Shown: positions 18,434-29,504, numbered from the stretch's first letter. The stretch: DNA of 64,000 nt from Bacteroidota bacterium (GCA_028876495.1 JAGWRO010000090.1:28557-92556); one strand, 5' to 3'. Made by a program: numbers and translations. The notes: a model not told the origin generated them from the sequence alone.

Positions 18434-20881
18434 TTACAACTTAGGTATCACGCTGGCAATTATACCAAGTGCAGAAACAATTAAAGCTAATTCTCCTATT
18501 CCGAGTTTAGCCCTATTCGTTTTAATTTTCTGGGGCACAAATATTTCTGAACGTGGGGTAACGGATGGATAGAACTTAAACCAAAGGAAATGCCTTACAG
18601 AAGCAGCTTTCCCATCGGCATGAATAACCAATGAACCTGTCTTTCTTGCATAAGGAGTAAAGTTTCCAGCCTGTTGCACGTAATACTTCAAACTTTTATT
18701 TTCCTTGTAAGGAATGATGGTTGGATAATATACCTCTCCGGATATTTTTACCAGTTTAGAATTTCTGTCAATTGTCAGCACATCTCCGTCCTCCAGCACC
18801 AGGTTTTCAGAATTATTGGGATTTGATAAAGCAGTGGTTAGATCCACACTAATTAAATCATAGGATTTAAATAATTCATCTTTAAGCCTTGGATGTAGCG
18901 AAAGACTATCAGGGCTGATATTCAAAATTCTTTGAAACAATTTTTCTCTTTCTTCTGCAGTAAGATCAGATTTGATACTTCTTCTGATGGTAATAGCAGA
19001 ACTGTCAGCAGAAGCTTTAAATCCCCCCACTCTTTTAAGAATATCGCTGATTTTATCCCCGCTTTTTTCGAGGGCGTAGCGCCCCGGGCTTTTCACATCC
19101 CCTAAAACAAGTACCGTTCGCTGGGAAGTATATCCCGGAAGTTTTTTTACGATTATAATATCATAAGGTTGTAACAAAACATTTTGTGCAAGTTTACTTT
19201 TTCCGGTCAGGTCTATATTAATCACCTCACTTTCATTATGGTTGGCTTTATTTACATCTGCATTCCTTATTCTTCGGGAAATTTCTATATTAGAGGAATC
19301 ACCAAATTCTGAAATACCTCCTGCAGAAAGTAATAAATCGCGAAGAGAAAAATTTTCCCGCCAGCCTATTATCCCAGGTTTTCTCACATTTCCCTCAATA
19401 GAAACATAATTACTATCCTGGAATTCAAAAATTGAATGAATAGCAATAGAATCATCTTTTGAAAGAAAAACGTCTTTGCTTTTCTTTGAGGTTGAATCAA
19501 GATCTACCGATAACATGGTAGGCATTTTATTTTTCAAAGATCGGAAGATGGAGACCCGAGTTGTATAGGCATCTCTTGTTAACCCCCCGGATTTTTGAAT
19601 TAAGGAATCAAGTGTAAGTTCCGGCGTTAACTCGTAAGCGCCTGGCCTCAGCACCGAGCCGGTAATTACCACACGGTTACCAAATTCCTCTTGAAGCCTT
19701 CTTACAACAAACCTATCACTGCCATTAATTTTGAATGTGCCATATTCATTTGCATTCAAATCAATTATTTTTCTCTCTGTTGGGGTAATTCTGATTACTG
19801 TTACTGCTCCCCTATATGCATTATCTGTGAATCCGCCGCAATATTTCAAAAGGTCATTGAATGTTTCGTTGTCAAGTATTTCAAATTTTCCTTCTCTTTT
19901 TACATTACCGGAAATCGTGACCCGGTTCTTGTAATAGGGAATCCGTATTACATCGCCCTCCTGAAGTAAAATATTATCTTTTTGATTCCCGTCAACTAAA
20001 AAGTCATAAAGATCTGCAGTTCTTTTCAATTGGTTACCCCGGATAATTTCAATATCCCTGTAACTTCCCATTGAGGTGGGCCCTCCGCATAAGTATAAAA
20101 TATTATATAGTGTGGTGAGTGAAGAAACTGTAAATGTACCGGGTTTTTTTGCCTGGCCAATTACTGTTACACGTATGCTTTTGATTTTGCCAAGCGTTAC
20201 CTGTATTTTGGTCTTTCCTGTGTTGATAGCCCTGTAAATGGTTGACGCGAGTTTTGACTTAATTTTTTCCGTGGCCTGATCAATACTTAAGCCACTTATA
20301 AATATCGGGCCCACACTTGGGATATAAATTTCACCCGATTCATTGATGGTGAGGTTATATTTTTTTTCACTGTATCCATATACGGATACGATAAGCTCAT
20401 CATCTGGTCCCAAAACATAACCAACAGGAGCGGGAATTCTCAGGTTTGGTTCAAAAACGGAACTGTTACTTGTAAAAAGTTCAGAGCCAAAAATGCTAAT
20501 ATCATTTTGAAATTTCTGCACATCTTTATTTAACCCGGAAGTATCATAAGGATGAGGCTCATTATAATTTTTTTCGTCTTCTGCAATGGCCTTTTTCTTT
20601 ACAATCCCTTTTTCCCCGGTTATTTCCTGTAATCTTTCTTTTAATTTAGCAATTTCAGAATCCGGAAGCCCTTTTTCCTGGGCTATTTTATATAATTGAG
20701 ATTCACTAATGCCTGATTCAACTGCTTTGTTATACAGTGAAAGAAGTTGGCTGTCACTATAGTTATCTATATTAACCTGGCTTAGATCCTGAATGTCGAG
20801 TAGACTATTTTGAGCGTGCAGTTGGTTTGAACAAAAAATTATCATGAACAAAACAAATAGTACTCTTTTGACTATTTTCAT
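18434..20881 (-). CDS. Polysaccharide export protein with multiple SLBB repeats (Wza/KpsD-like)
   Basis: Signal peptide, YVLGPDDEL Poly_export motif, repeated V.I.G.V..PG.Y SLBB units, C-terminal TM. Confidence 0.92.
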   Translation of the reverse strand: MKIVKRVLFVLFMIIFCSNQLHAQNSLLDIQDLSQVNIDNYSDSQLLSLYNKAVESGISESQLYKIAQEKGLPDSEIAKLKERLQEITGEKGIVKKKAIAEDEKNYNEPHPYDTSGLNKDVQKFQNDISIFGSELFTSNSSVFEPNLRIPAPVGYVLGPDDELIVSVYGYSEKKYNLTINESGEIYIPSVGPIFISGLSIDQATEKIKSKLASTIYRAINTGKTKIQVTLGKIKSIRVTVIGQAKKPGTFTVSSLTTLYNILYLCGGPTSMGSYRDIEIIRGNQLKRTADLYDFLVDGNQKDNILLQEGDVIRIPYYKNRVTISGNVKREGKFEILDNETFNDLLKYCGGFTDNAYRGAVTVIRITPTERKIIDLNANEYGTFKINGSDRFVVRRLQEEFGNRVVITGSVLRPGAYELTPELTLDSLIQKSGGLTRDAYTTRVSIFRSLKNKMPTMLSVDLDSTSKKSKDVFLSKDDSIAIHSIFEFQDSNYVSIEGNVRKPGIIGWRENFSLRDLLLSAGGISEFGDSSNIEISRRIRNADVNKANHNESEVINIDLTGKSKLAQNVLLQPYDIIIVKKLPGYTSQRTVLVLGDVKSPGRYALEKSGDKISDILKRVGGFKASADSSAITIRRSIKSDLTAEEREKLFQRILNISPDSLSLHPRLKDELFKSYDLISVDLTTALSNPNNSENLVLEDGDVLTIDRNSKLVKISGEVYYPTIIPYKENKSLKYYVQQAGNFTPYARKTGSLVIHADGKAASVRHFLWFKFYPSVTPRSEIFVPQKIKTNRAKLGIGELALIVSALGIIASVIPKL

Positions 20882-20935
20882 TTATTTCTTCATTTTGAGT
20901 TTCATTGGTAATCGGTCAGGTGAGTAAAACGTTTG

Positions 20936-20943
20936 CGAAGTTA
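20936..20943 (-). promoter_or_regulatory. -7 promoter variant (TAACTTCG) for the wza-wzz-wzx-wzy unit
   Basis: One-mismatch TAnnTTTG about 55 nt upstream of the wza start. Confidence 0.45.
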
Positions 20944-20988
20944 ATAATATTTTTTCTTCCCAATTTAGTTAAAATCCTTTACTCCTAT

Positions 20989-20996
20989 TACTTTTG
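20989..20996 (+). promoter_or_regulatory. -7 promoter element (TACTTTTG) for the beta-helix gene
   Basis: TAnnTTTG match about 45 nt upstream of ATG 21041, divergent from the wza promoter. Confidence 0.55.
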
Positions 20997-21040
20997 AAAC
21001 ATATTGGCTATGAAATATTTCTCAACAATTTAAATAAAAT

Positions 21041-22537
21041 ATGAAAAGAATTATATTTAATTTCTTGTTCTTTTTTCTGTTACTTAATGCAAAAGGATCA
21101 AATATTTTAAATGTAAAAGATTTTGGAGCTAAAGGTGATGGCGTTACTGATGATACAAAAGCTATACAATCAGCTATTGACATTGCTTCTCCTGATTCAA
21201 ATACTATTATTTATTTCCCGAAAGGGATTTATATTATTGGTTCATACACAACTACGTCCAACTATCTTGAAAATTATTGTCTGAAGCTCCATTCGAATTT
21301 ATCTTTTAGAGGAACAGGTGATGCATCTTTAATTAAGCTTGCTGATCATTTATTTGATAAAATGGATACTTCGGCATGTGCGCATATGTTTTATGGTTCA
21401 GAAACTATGAATATTAGTTTTTCGAATCTACTCATAGATATGAATGGAAGTAAAAATCTTGTACCTCCAAATATTATTAAAAACAATTCAGCCATTTTTG
21501 CCATAAATGCGAAAAACTTTCACCTCGTTAATTTAACCATTAAAAATTGTTCGGGAACCAATATGATTAATTTAATGGGAGAAGGGCAAAAATTACTTAT
21601 CGAAAAGTGCAGATTTATTAACGGAGGTAACTTTGTTGGAAGTTCTCAACCTAACAAAAACCAAGTTGATTTTTCTTTCATTTACAGTGAATGGAGCAGT
21701 ACTATTATACGAGATAATATTATTCAACAGCAAAACATAAACCTTGCTCTTGAAAATTATTCTGGTGGAATAGAAATGCACGGAAGTAATTCATCTGCTT
21801 TCGGCAATCATATAGAAGGATGCTGGCCAGCTATATATATCACAAGCAGCAGGAGTGTATTAAGGAATATTGCAGTTAAGAATAACAGCCTGATAAACTG
21901 CGTTACCGGTATTTCTTTTTGGATAGTTTTTCCTATGGAGAATATAGTAGTTGCGAATAATATTATGCACCTTACCCATGCCAGGAGTTCTAAAAACGAT
22001 TTTTGTGCCGGGATAAGGATTCCTAATGGAAACGTAAAAGAATATAATAGCAATCTAGCTAATGCTGCCCCTGTTTACAATCTTCAAATTTCGGGAAACA
22101 CAATTCAAGCAGATTCTATGAAAACTTTATCTATGGGAATGTTGTTGCATTCATTACATCAAAGTAAAATTTATGGAAATACAATAAGAAAAATGAACTA
22201 CGGAGGAGTCGTCCTACAAGGAAGCAAATGGGGAATTGATTCGCTTTATATAGACCACAACACTTTTTCTGATTTCAGGGAAAATACTCATCAATCCGCT
22301 GTCGCCGGCTACATTGTAATTACGGATATTTATTCAAAGGGAATAAAAGATGCATTGGGTATTAAAAAAGTAGTTGTAAGTAATAACATGTTTGTTGGAA
22401 ACCCTGAGAAGAAAAAAACAAAAAACTTTTATGGTGCTTTCATTGCTCTTCCATCAAATATGAGAAATGCGATAAAATTTACAAATAATAAATTCACCAA
22501 CAAAAATGATAAGATTCAATTTATAGAAACGAATTAG
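21041..22537 (+). CDS. Secreted right-handed parallel beta-helix protein (pectate lyase 3 / GH28-related), inverted within the locus
   Basis: Signal peptide, then [32 protein letters not shown] and Asn/Ile-rich PbH1-type repeats. 3' end overlaps the convergent gene by 4 nt. Confidence 0.85.
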   Translation: MKRIIFNFLFFFLLLNAKGSNILNVKDFGAKGDGVTDDTKAIQSAIDIASPDSNTIIYFPKGIYIIGSYTTTSNYLENYCLKLHSNLSFRGTGDASLIKLADHLFDKMDTSACAHMFYGSETMNISFSNLLIDMNGSKNLVPPNIIKNNSAIFAINAKNFHLVNLTIKNCSGTNMINLMGEGQKLLIEKCRFINGGNFVGSSQPNKNQVDFSFIYSEWSSTIIRDNIIQQQNINLALENYSGGIEMHGSNSSAFGNHIEGCWPAIYITSSRSVLRNIAVKNNSLINCVTGISFWIVFPMENIVVANNIMHLTHARSSKNDFCAGIRIPNGNVKEYNSNLANAAPVYNLQISGNTIQADSMKTLSMGMLLHSLHQSKIYGNTIRKMNYGGVVLQGSKWGIDSLYIDHNTFSDFRENTHQSAVAGYIVITDIYSKGIKDALGIKKVVVSNNMFVGNPEKKKTKNFYGAFIALPSNMRNAIKFTNNKFTNKNDKIQFIETN

Positions 22538-23382
22538 TCTATAATTTTTTTAAGCTTTGATGTGCTTCCCCAAAAACTCATTGGTTCATAATCGGGATAA
22601 GCATAAAAACCTCTATTTAATTCTATTGATTGTCGCTTTTCTTTTAGATAATTTTCAACCAATTTATTGATGGTTAACGGAACACCACTGCAGCAATTAA
22701 TAATGCCTGTTTCCTGTTTTTGCAGTGCAATTTTTACAATGTATTCAGCAACCTTTTCTACCGGTAAATAATCTCTTTGCTGTTCACCCTTGCTCATCTT
22801 AAATTCTTTCTCTCCTTTTTTTAACGCCCCTTCTAACTGGGCAAGAATAGAATTAGGATTCTGCCCGTGCCCATACATATAAAATAACCTCGGCCACTTT
22901 AAATCAAAAGGGTATTTTTTTTGAAGTTCTTCTAAAAACTTTCTTAATGAATCTTTGGCTATTGAATAAGGATTTTCAGGGCATGGCATCATTTCTTCAG
23001 ATAACATGCCTTCCTGTAACCCATATTCCATACATGTTCCGCTAACCGTAATATCTTTTGCACCGTTAATAACCAGGTTTTTTAAAAATGTATAATGCCT
23101 GAATAAATTTTCTTCAATATGGAATAAAGATTTATAATTGGGCAACCCTTCCCACGCTAAATGAATTACAATGTCGGGAGCATCAAAATATTGAAAAAAG
23201 TCAATCTCTTCTTGTAATTGAGATAAATCAAGGTCATGATATTTGACCTCGTTAAACCAGGGAAATACTTTCGCTTTTTCAGGATGCAGGGAACTGGCAA
23301 TTACCATATGATCATTTTTCAACAATTCAGTTACGACATAGTTTCCGATAAATCCAGTGGCGCCGGTTACAAGAACTTTCAT
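22534..23382 (-). CDS. NAD-dependent epimerase/dehydratase family, probable NDP-4-keto-sugar reductase
   Basis: [26 protein letters not shown] (YxxxK), RDYLPV. Confidence 0.85.
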   Translation of the reverse strand: MKVLVTGATGFIGNYVVTELLKNDHMVIASSLHPEKAKVFPWFNEVKYHDLDLSQLQEEIDFFQYFDAPDIVIHLAWEGLPNYKSLFHIEENLFRHYTFLKNLVINGAKDITVSGTCMEYGLQEGMLSEEMMPCPENPYSIAKDSLRKFLEELQKKYPFDLKWPRLFYMYGHGQNPNSILAQLEGALKKGEKEFKMSKGEQQRDYLPVEKVAEYIVKIALQKQETGIINCCSGVPLTINKLVENYLKEKRQSIELNRGFYAYPDYEPMSFWGSTSKLKKIID

Positions 23383-23384
23383 AA

Positions 23385-24611
23385 TTAAAAAATTTCTAAA
23401 ACGGGAATAGCGGTAACAAATTTACCATTCCAGTTCCTGATATAACTTAATTGCTCACTTATTTCTTCCTTTAAATTCCATGGAAGAATTAACACATAAT
23501 CCGGAATATGATTCTTTAAAAATTGTTCGTCTACTACAGGAATATGGCTTCCCGGTAGGAATTTATTTTGTTTATGCGGGTTGGCATCTACAACGTATTC
23601 GATAAGGTCACTTTTTATTCCACAATAATTAAGCAATGTATTTCCTTTTGCTGCTGCACCATAAGCCGCAACTCTTTTCCTTTCATTCTTTTTATCGAGC
23701 AAAAAAGTAGTTAATGCTAATTTTATCTGTAATGCTTTTTCCGTAAAATGGCGGTAATAGTTAAGGTCAGTGATTCCCTTGTGATTTTCCTTTTCTAATA
23801 GTAAACCAACATTTTTCGAGATTTCTTTATTTGTGTCTTCCCGGTGTTTTGCATAAATCCTGATAGAACCTCCATGAGTTGAAATTTCATCTACATCAAA
23901 GATTTCCAATTTTTGTGATTCAAAAATTTTCTTAACTGTATGCAACGACAAGTAAGAAAAATGTTCGTGATAAATGGTATCGAATTGATTGTTTTCAATC
24001 AGTTGCATTAAATGGGGAAATTCCATGGTGATAACGCCATCATCTTTCAATACTAATTTTAATCCTGTCACAAAATCAACAATATCAGGAACGTGGGCCA
24101 ATACATTATTTCCTATCAGAAGATCAGCCTTAATATTTTTTGAAACCATTTCCTTTGCCAGCTTTGTTCCAAAAAATTCGTTAATCGATTCAATTCCTTT
24201 TTGTTTTGCCACATCAGAAGTGTTTTTTGCCGGTTCAACTCCCAAAACCGGTACTTTCTTTTCTTTAAAATATTGCAACAAATACCCATCATTGGAAGCG
24301 ATTTCTATTATTTGTGAATTTTCATTATATCCAAAGCGGCCCATCATCATTTCTGTATACTTTTTTGCATGGGCAAGCCAAGCGGAACTATAAGAAGAGA
24401 AATAAGCGTACTGATGTGAGAAAATATCTTCTGTTTTTTTGTACTCGTCAATTTGCACCAGGAAACATTTCGGGCAGGTAAAAACTTTTAATGGAAAATA
24501 CGTTTCAGGTTCATTCAATTCTTCTTTGGATAAAAAAGAATTCGATGCCGGTGAATTAAACAGGTCAATGAATAAATGAGTTAATTCTGTTTTGCAAAAC
24601 CTGCATTTCAT
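23385..24611 (-). CDS. NDP-hexose C-methyltransferase
   Basis: Zn-binding CRFC..CPKC, EIASNDGYLL, HEHFSY, THGGS, YGAAAKGNTLLN. Confidence 0.9.
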   Translation of the reverse strand: MKCRFCKTELTHLFIDLFNSPASNSFLSKEELNEPETYFPLKVFTCPKCFLVQIDEYKKTEDIFSHQYAYFSSYSSAWLAHAKKYTEMMMGRFGYNENSQIIEIASNDGYLLQYFKEKKVPVLGVEPAKNTSDVAKQKGIESINEFFGTKLAKEMVSKNIKADLLIGNNVLAHVPDIVDFVTGLKLVLKDDGVITMEFPHLMQLIENNQFDTIYHEHFSYLSLHTVKKIFESQKLEIFDVDEISTHGGSIRIYAKHREDTNKEISKNVGLLLEKENHKGITDLNYYRHFTEKALQIKLALTTFLLDKKNERKRVAAYGAAAKGNTLLNYCGIKSDLIEYVVDANPHKQNKFLPGSHIPVVDEQFLKNHIPDYVLILPWNLKEEISEQLSYIRNWNGKFVTAIPVLEIF

Positions 24612-25159
24612 ATTATTATTCCTTTAAAATTTTCTGGCAGTTTCGGAAGATTTTTATCCCTATGCGAAATCATTTCAATTGCTTCAGGCCATTCTATTTT
24701 TACAGCCGGATCCTGGTAATTAATTCCATCCTCATAAGAAGGCGTATAAAAATTAGTGTGATGGTAAATAATTTCACAATCATTGGTAAGCGTGAGAAAG
24801 CCGTGTGCACAACCTTCAGGTATATAAATCATTTTTTTATTTTCTGCACTTAGTTCAACGCCGAACCATTTTAAAAAAGAAGGAGAATTTTTTCTCAGAT
24901 CGATTGCCACATCAAAAATTTTTCCGGCAATACAACGAATCAGTTTTATTTCAGCATTGGGAGGATTTTGAAAATGCATACCACGAAGCGTTCCTTTTTC
25001 TTTTGTAAAGGAATGATTTATTTGAACCCATTCTTTGTCATGGCCAATTTTTTTAAATTCATCTTTACAAAAAGTGCGTGCAAACCAACCACGATTATCT
25101 TCATGCGGGATCACTTCAATTTCGTAACATCCTTCTAATTTGGTTTCTTTGAAATTCAC
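24608..25159 (-). CDS. rfbC: NDP-4-keto-6-deoxyhexose 3,5-epimerase (RmlC/RfbC family)
   Basis: DNRGWFARTF, LRGMHFQ, DVAIDLRKNSPSF, IPEGCAHGF. Confidence 0.92.
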   Translation of the reverse strand: MNFKETKLEGCYEIEVIPHEDNRGWFARTFCKDEFKKIGHDKEWVQINHSFTKEKGTLRGMHFQNPPNAEIKLIRCIAGKIFDVAIDLRKNSPSFLKWFGVELSAENKKMIYIPEGCAHGFLTLTNDCEIIYHHTNFYTPSYEDGINYQDPAVKIEWPEAIEMISHRDKNLPKLPENFKGIII

Positions 25160-26244
25160 AATTCCAAATATTTTTGAATTTGATAGAAAGTAAATTCTTT
25201 TTGAGTTTCAGCAGATTTTTTATACCAGTCTATCGTCCATTCAATTGCTGTTGCAGCGGGCAGTAAAGGTTTCCAGTTTAAAACCTCCAGGGATTTATTA
25301 ATATTTAATTTCAGCAACTTCGCTTCATGCGGAGCATTATCTTCTGAAATAATTTCGTAAGAGCCACTGTTCCAAATCCCAATTGCTTTTTCTACTAATT
25401 CTTTTACTGAATAGGTATCATTTTCAAGCGGACCAAAATTCCATCCACCGGAATATTTTTCAGGTAAATTATGAAGGTTCTGCGCCAGATAAAGGTATCC
25501 AAACAATGGATCTAAAACATGTTGCCACGGGCGAATAGAATTAGGATTTCTGATGGGGATTTTTTGATTCTTTTGGAGCGCTTTCACAATGTCGGCAACA
25601 ATCCTGTCATTAGACCAATCGCCTCCTCCAATAACATTTCCTGCCCTGGCCGTCGCAATCGCCATATTGTGTACGCCGATATTTTTCAAGTTGAAATACG
25701 ATTCACGGTATGAATTGGTGACAATTTCCGCAGCCGCTTTACTTGCACTGTATGGATCGCAACCTCCTATTCTGTCCAATTCTTTATAAGCATAATCCTG
25801 GTCTGTATTTTCGTAGACTTTGTCTGTTGTAACGATAATTACAGAACATTTTTTGTCCAGATAACGGCACGCATTTAAGACATTTGCGGTTCCGATAGTA
25901 TTCACCTTGAAGGTTTCGAGGGGATGAGCATACGAATAGCGTACGAGAGGTTGAGCAGCAAGATGAAAGATAATATCAGGAGCAAAATCGATAATTTCTT
26001 CCTGCAATTTTTTTTCGTCTCTTATATCGTGTATAACTGACTTGCAGAGTCGGTCATCATTATTTACAATTGAATAGAGATTGGTAAAATGCGATGGAGC
26101 GAGTGCATAACCTTTGACCCTGGAGTTAAAAGTTTTTAGAATAGACAATAGCCAGCTTCCTTTAAATCCTGTATGGCCGGTAACAAAAACTTTTTTATCG
26201 CTGAAAAATTCAGCAAGTGTTTTTTTATTTACCATGTTTTCCAT
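25156..26244 (-). CDS. rfbG: CDP-glucose 4,6-dehydratase
   Basis: VTGHTGFKGSWL, HLAAQPLVRYSY, TTDKVYEN, YSASKAA, RAGNVIGGGDW, RPWQHVL. Start MENMV at 26244 preferred. Confidence 0.95.
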   Translation of the reverse strand: MENMVNKKTLAEFFSDKKVFVTGHTGFKGSWLLSILKTFNSRVKGYALAPSHFTNLYSIVNNDDRLCKSVIHDIRDEKKLQEEIIDFAPDIIFHLAAQPLVRYSYAHPLETFKVNTIGTANVLNACRYLDKKCSVIIVTTDKVYENTDQDYAYKELDRIGGCDPYSASKAAAEIVTNSYRESYFNLKNIGVHNMAIATARAGNVIGGGDWSNDRIVADIVKALQKNQKIPIRNPNSIRPWQHVLDPLFGYLYLAQNLHNLPEKYSGGWNFGPLENDTYSVKELVEKAIGIWNSGSYEIISEDNAPHEAKLLKLNINKSLEVLNWKPLLPAATAIEWTIDWYKKSAETQKEFTFYQIQKYLEL

Positions 26245-27005
26245 TTTGCCTCGTTTGATTCCCATAATTGCTCCAGTTCAATTTTATCCCTCATGGCATC
26301 CATGCATTTCCAAAAACCGGAATGCTTATAGGCAATCAACTGCTGATCTTTTGCAATATTTTCCATTGGCTCTTTTTCCCATTGAACAGTTTCCATATTT
26401 CCATTTAAATATTTGAAGATACCCGGTTCAAGAACAAAATAGCCTGCATTTATCCAAATGTCTTTTCCATTTGGCTTTTCCTTAAAATTTTTTATAATGG
26501 AGGTTTCATCAGTTTCCACCGTTCCAAATCGGGTAGGTAATTGAACGGAGGTAAGGGTTGCCAGTTTACCCGATGATTTATGGAAGGCCAATAAATCATT
26601 AATATTTATATCAGAAACACCGTCACCATAAGTAAGCATAAAGGTTTCGTTGGCAACATACTTTTCGATTTTTTGAATTCTTCCCGCTGTATTGGTTTGC
26701 AATCCTGTGTCAACAAGAGTTACTGTAAAAGATTCTGTATTAGCAAAATGAACATCCACTTTGTTATTGGTAAGTTCAATGGTGATATCGGAATTGTATA
26801 AAAAGTAGTTTAAAAAATACTCTTTTATCAAATAGCCTTTGTATCCACAACAAATTACAAAATCATTAAAGCCATAGTAAGAATAACTTTTCATGATATG
26901 CCATAATATTGGCTTTCCGCCAATTTCGATCATTGGTTTTGGCTTTAATTGCGACTCTTCTGAAATTCTTGTTCCTAAACCACCAGCGAGAATTACAACT
27001 TTCAT
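26229..27005 (-). CDS. rfbF: Glucose-1-phosphate cytidylyltransferase
   Basis: LAGGLGTRISEE..PKPMIEIGGKPILWHIMK, TYGDGV, INAGYFV, GFWKCMD. Confidence 0.95.
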   Translation of the reverse strand: MKVVILAGGLGTRISEESQLKPKPMIEIGGKPILWHIMKSYSYYGFNDFVICCGYKGYLIKEYFLNYFLYNSDITIELTNNKVDVHFANTESFTVTLVDTGLQTNTAGRIQKIEKYVANETFMLTYGDGVSDININDLLAFHKSSGKLATLTSVQLPTRFGTVETDETSIIKNFKEKPNGKDIWINAGYFVLEPGIFKYLNGNMETVQWEKEPMENIAKDQQLIAYKHSGFWKCMDAMRDKIELEQLWESNEAKWKTW

Positions 27006-27070
27006 TGCGGGTATAAAATTTATAAAAACCCTATGGCTTTATTTTATTTACGTTTCTAATTTAAAACAAA

Positions 27071-27078
27071 CAAATATA
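27071..27078 (-). promoter_or_regulatory. -7 promoter element (TATATTTG) for the rfbF cassette
   Basis: TAnnTTTG match on the minus strand in the 154-nt gap upstream of rfbF. Confidence 0.55.
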
Positions 27079-27159
27079 CTTGAAAGAATAAGTAGAAAAT
27101 AAACAAGTTGTAACTCATGTAAAATCTGAATTATTTCTTGTTTACTGCATAATAATTTT

Positions 27160-28059
27160 TTATTTTTTAAAATTCCTTATATCATGTACTAATTCAATAG
27201 CCCTCTTTGTTTCCATCAGTGGAAATCCTTTGCCAGCTAAAATATTTTCATATGATTTGGTGTGAAGTTCAGTAAAGCCATCACTAAATTCAAAAGATTC
27301 TCCGTCTATATTCAATGCCCTGTAAGTTCGTTTTCCTGATGCTTTTACGTCTTCAGGCAAATTATTTACATCAATGCTCAATCTCCATTTTACAGAAGCA
27401 TTCTCCAATTCCAAAACTCCGGAAGCGGTACTCGTGGAATGTTCGGTAACTAAATTGTCTTTGACATCACCAAATATCCACATCAGCATGTCAAAAAAAT
27501 GAACCCCGATATTGGTAGCAATACCGCCACTTTTTTGAATATCTCCTTTCCAGCTTGCATAATACCAATGCCCGCGGCTGGTAATGTAATCCAAATCTAC
27601 CTGGTGTTTTGTTCCTTTTGGTTCTGAATCAATTTTTTCTTTTAATGCAATAATGGACGGGTGCAATCTTAATTGTAAAATGGTAAATATTTTATTACCA
27701 GTTTCTTTCTCTATTTCTGCAAGCGCATCTATATTCCATGGGTTTAAAACGACAGGCTTTTCGCATATAACGTCTGCGCCTATACGCAATCCAAAACGAA
27801 TATGAGCATCATGTAAATAATTGGGACTGCAAACACTTACAAAATCAGTTTTTATTCCCCGGCGTTTTTGTTTTTCAATATACCTGTCGAAGCGTTCGAA
27901 CTCTGTAAAAAAGTCTGCTTCCGGGAAATAGCTGTCCAATATCCCAACCGAATCATTTTTATCCAGCGCAGCAATCAGATTATTACCTGTGTCTTTTACT
28001 GCTTTCATATGACGAGGGGCGATATAACCACCGGCACCTATCAATGCAAAATTTTTCAT
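27160..28059 (-). CDS. wbpB: Gfo/Idh/MocA oxidoreductase, WbpB/WlbA type (UDP-GlcNAcA 3-dehydrogenase)
   Basis: FALIGAGGYIAPRH, SPNYLHDAH, CEKPVVLNP, QLRLHP, TNIGVHFFDML. Confidence 0.85.
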   Translation of the reverse strand: MKNFALIGAGGYIAPRHMKAVKDTGNNLIAALDKNDSVGILDSYFPEADFFTEFERFDRYIEKQKRRGIKTDFVSVCSPNYLHDAHIRFGLRIGADVICEKPVVLNPWNIDALAEIEKETGNKIFTILQLRLHPSIIALKEKIDSEPKGTKHQVDLDYITSRGHWYYASWKGDIQKSGGIATNIGVHFFDMLMWIFGDVKDNLVTEHSTSTASGVLELENASVKWRLSIDVNNLPEDVKASGKRTYRALNIDGESFEFSDGFTELHTKSYENILAGKGFPLMETKRAIELVHDIRNFKK

Positions 28060-28062
28060 GAA

Positions 28063-28635
28063 TTATTTTATTCTTTTAACAACGTTATTCTCCAAAAAAT
28101 ATTCTTGTTTGCTTTCAGGGCAAATAGCCATATTTTCAGAATTAAAGATCAGTTTGTGCCCATATTCGCTCATCCAACCTTTTTGCCTTCCCGGATTACC
28201 TACGATTAGTGCATAAGAAGATACATCTTTGGTAACCACTGCCCCTGCACCAATAAAGGCATATTCACCAATCGTGTGTCCGCAAACTATCGTTGCATTT
28301 GCGCCAATACTTGCTCCTTTTTTAATCAAAGTTTTTTTAAATTCTTCTTTTCTGCTGATAGCGCTTCTCGGATTTACAACATTGGTAAGCACCATGCTCG
28401 GCCCCAGGAAAACATCATCTTCACAAATAACGCCTTCATAAATACTTACATTGTTTTGAACCCGGACATTATTTCCTAAAATTACTTTTGGAGAAACTAC
28501 CACATTTTGACCCAGATTGCAATTGTTACCGATTACAGCGCCTGACATCACATGGCTAAAGTGCCAGATCTTAGTACCGTCTCCAATTACGCAATTGTCA
28601 TCAATAAAAGAGGAGGGATGAACGTAGTAACTCAT
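28063..28635 (-). CDS. wbpD: WbpD-type N-acetyltransferase (hexapeptide repeat)
   Basis: [45 protein letters not shown]. Confidence 0.85.
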   Translation of the reverse strand: MSYYVHPSSFIDDNCVIGDGTKIWHFSHVMSGAVIGNNCNLGQNVVVSPKVILGNNVRVQNNVSIYEGVICEDDVFLGPSMVLTNVVNPRSAISRKEEFKKTLIKKGASIGANATIVCGHTIGEYAFIGAGAVVTKDVSSYALIVGNPGRQKGWMSEYGHKLIFNSENMAICPESKQEYFLENNVVKRIK

Positions 28636-28640
28636 TCTTT

Positions 28641-29501
28641 CTATTTTACAATATTTTTTAAATATTCACCGTAGCCACTTTTTTCAAATTTTGTAGCAAG
28701 AACCATTAATTGTTCTTTGTCTATAAAGTGCATGCGGTAAGCTATTTCTTCGAGGCATCCGATTTTAAAGCCCTGTCTTTTTTCAATTACTCTTACAAAT
28801 TCTGTAGCGTCATGAAGGGATTCAAAAGTACCGGTATCAAGCCATGCAAATCCCCTGTTTAAGACAGCTACTTTTAGTTTTTTATTTTCAAGATATTTTC
28901 TGTTCACATCTGTAATTTCATATTCTCCGCGTGGGGAAGGTGAAATATTTTTGGCGATTTCCACAACCGAATTATCATAAAAATACAAACCCGGAACTGC
29001 ATAATTTGATTTCGGCTTCACGGGTTTTTCCTCAATGCTGATTGCCAGCTGGTTTTCATCAAACTCAACCACCCCGTATCTTTCAGGATCACTTACGGGA
29101 TAGGCAAAAATAATGGCTCCATCAGGGTCTGCTGAGGCTTGTAGCAATTTCGAAAATCCACTGCCGTAAAAAATATTATCACCCAAAACCAACGCGACCG
29201 AATCCTTTCCGATAAATTTTTCTCCAATTACAAATGCCTGTGCAAGTCCGTTCGGTTTTTCCTGCACTTCATATTCCAAATGACATCCCCATTGTTTCCC
29301 ATCGCCCAACAATCGCTGAAACTGAGATTGGTCTTCAGGCGTAGTGATGATCAGTACTTCTTTAATCCCGGCCAACATTAAAGTTGATAAAGGATAATAG
29401 ATCATGGGCTTATCATAAATGGGCATCAGTTGTTTACTGATCCCCATTGTGATGGGATATAGTCTTGTGCCGGAACCGCCGGCTAGTATTATTCCCTTCA
29501 T
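28641..29501 (-). CDS. rfbA: Glucose-1-phosphate thymidylyltransferase
   Basis: [48 protein letters not shown]. Confidence 0.97.
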   Translation of the reverse strand: MKGIILAGGSGTRLYPITMGISKQLMPIYDKPMIYYPLSTLMLAGIKEVLIITTPEDQSQFQRLLGDGKQWGCHLEYEVQEKPNGLAQAFVIGEKFIGKDSVALVLGDNIFYGSGFSKLLQASADPDGAIIFAYPVSDPERYGVVEFDENQLAISIEEKPVKPKSNYAVPGLYFYDNSVVEIAKNISPSPRGEYEITDVNRKYLENKKLKVAVLNRGFAWLDTGTFESLHDATEFVRVIEKRQGFKIGCLEEIAYRMHFIDKEQLMVLATKFEKSGYGEYLKNIVK

Positions 29502-29504
29502 TGA

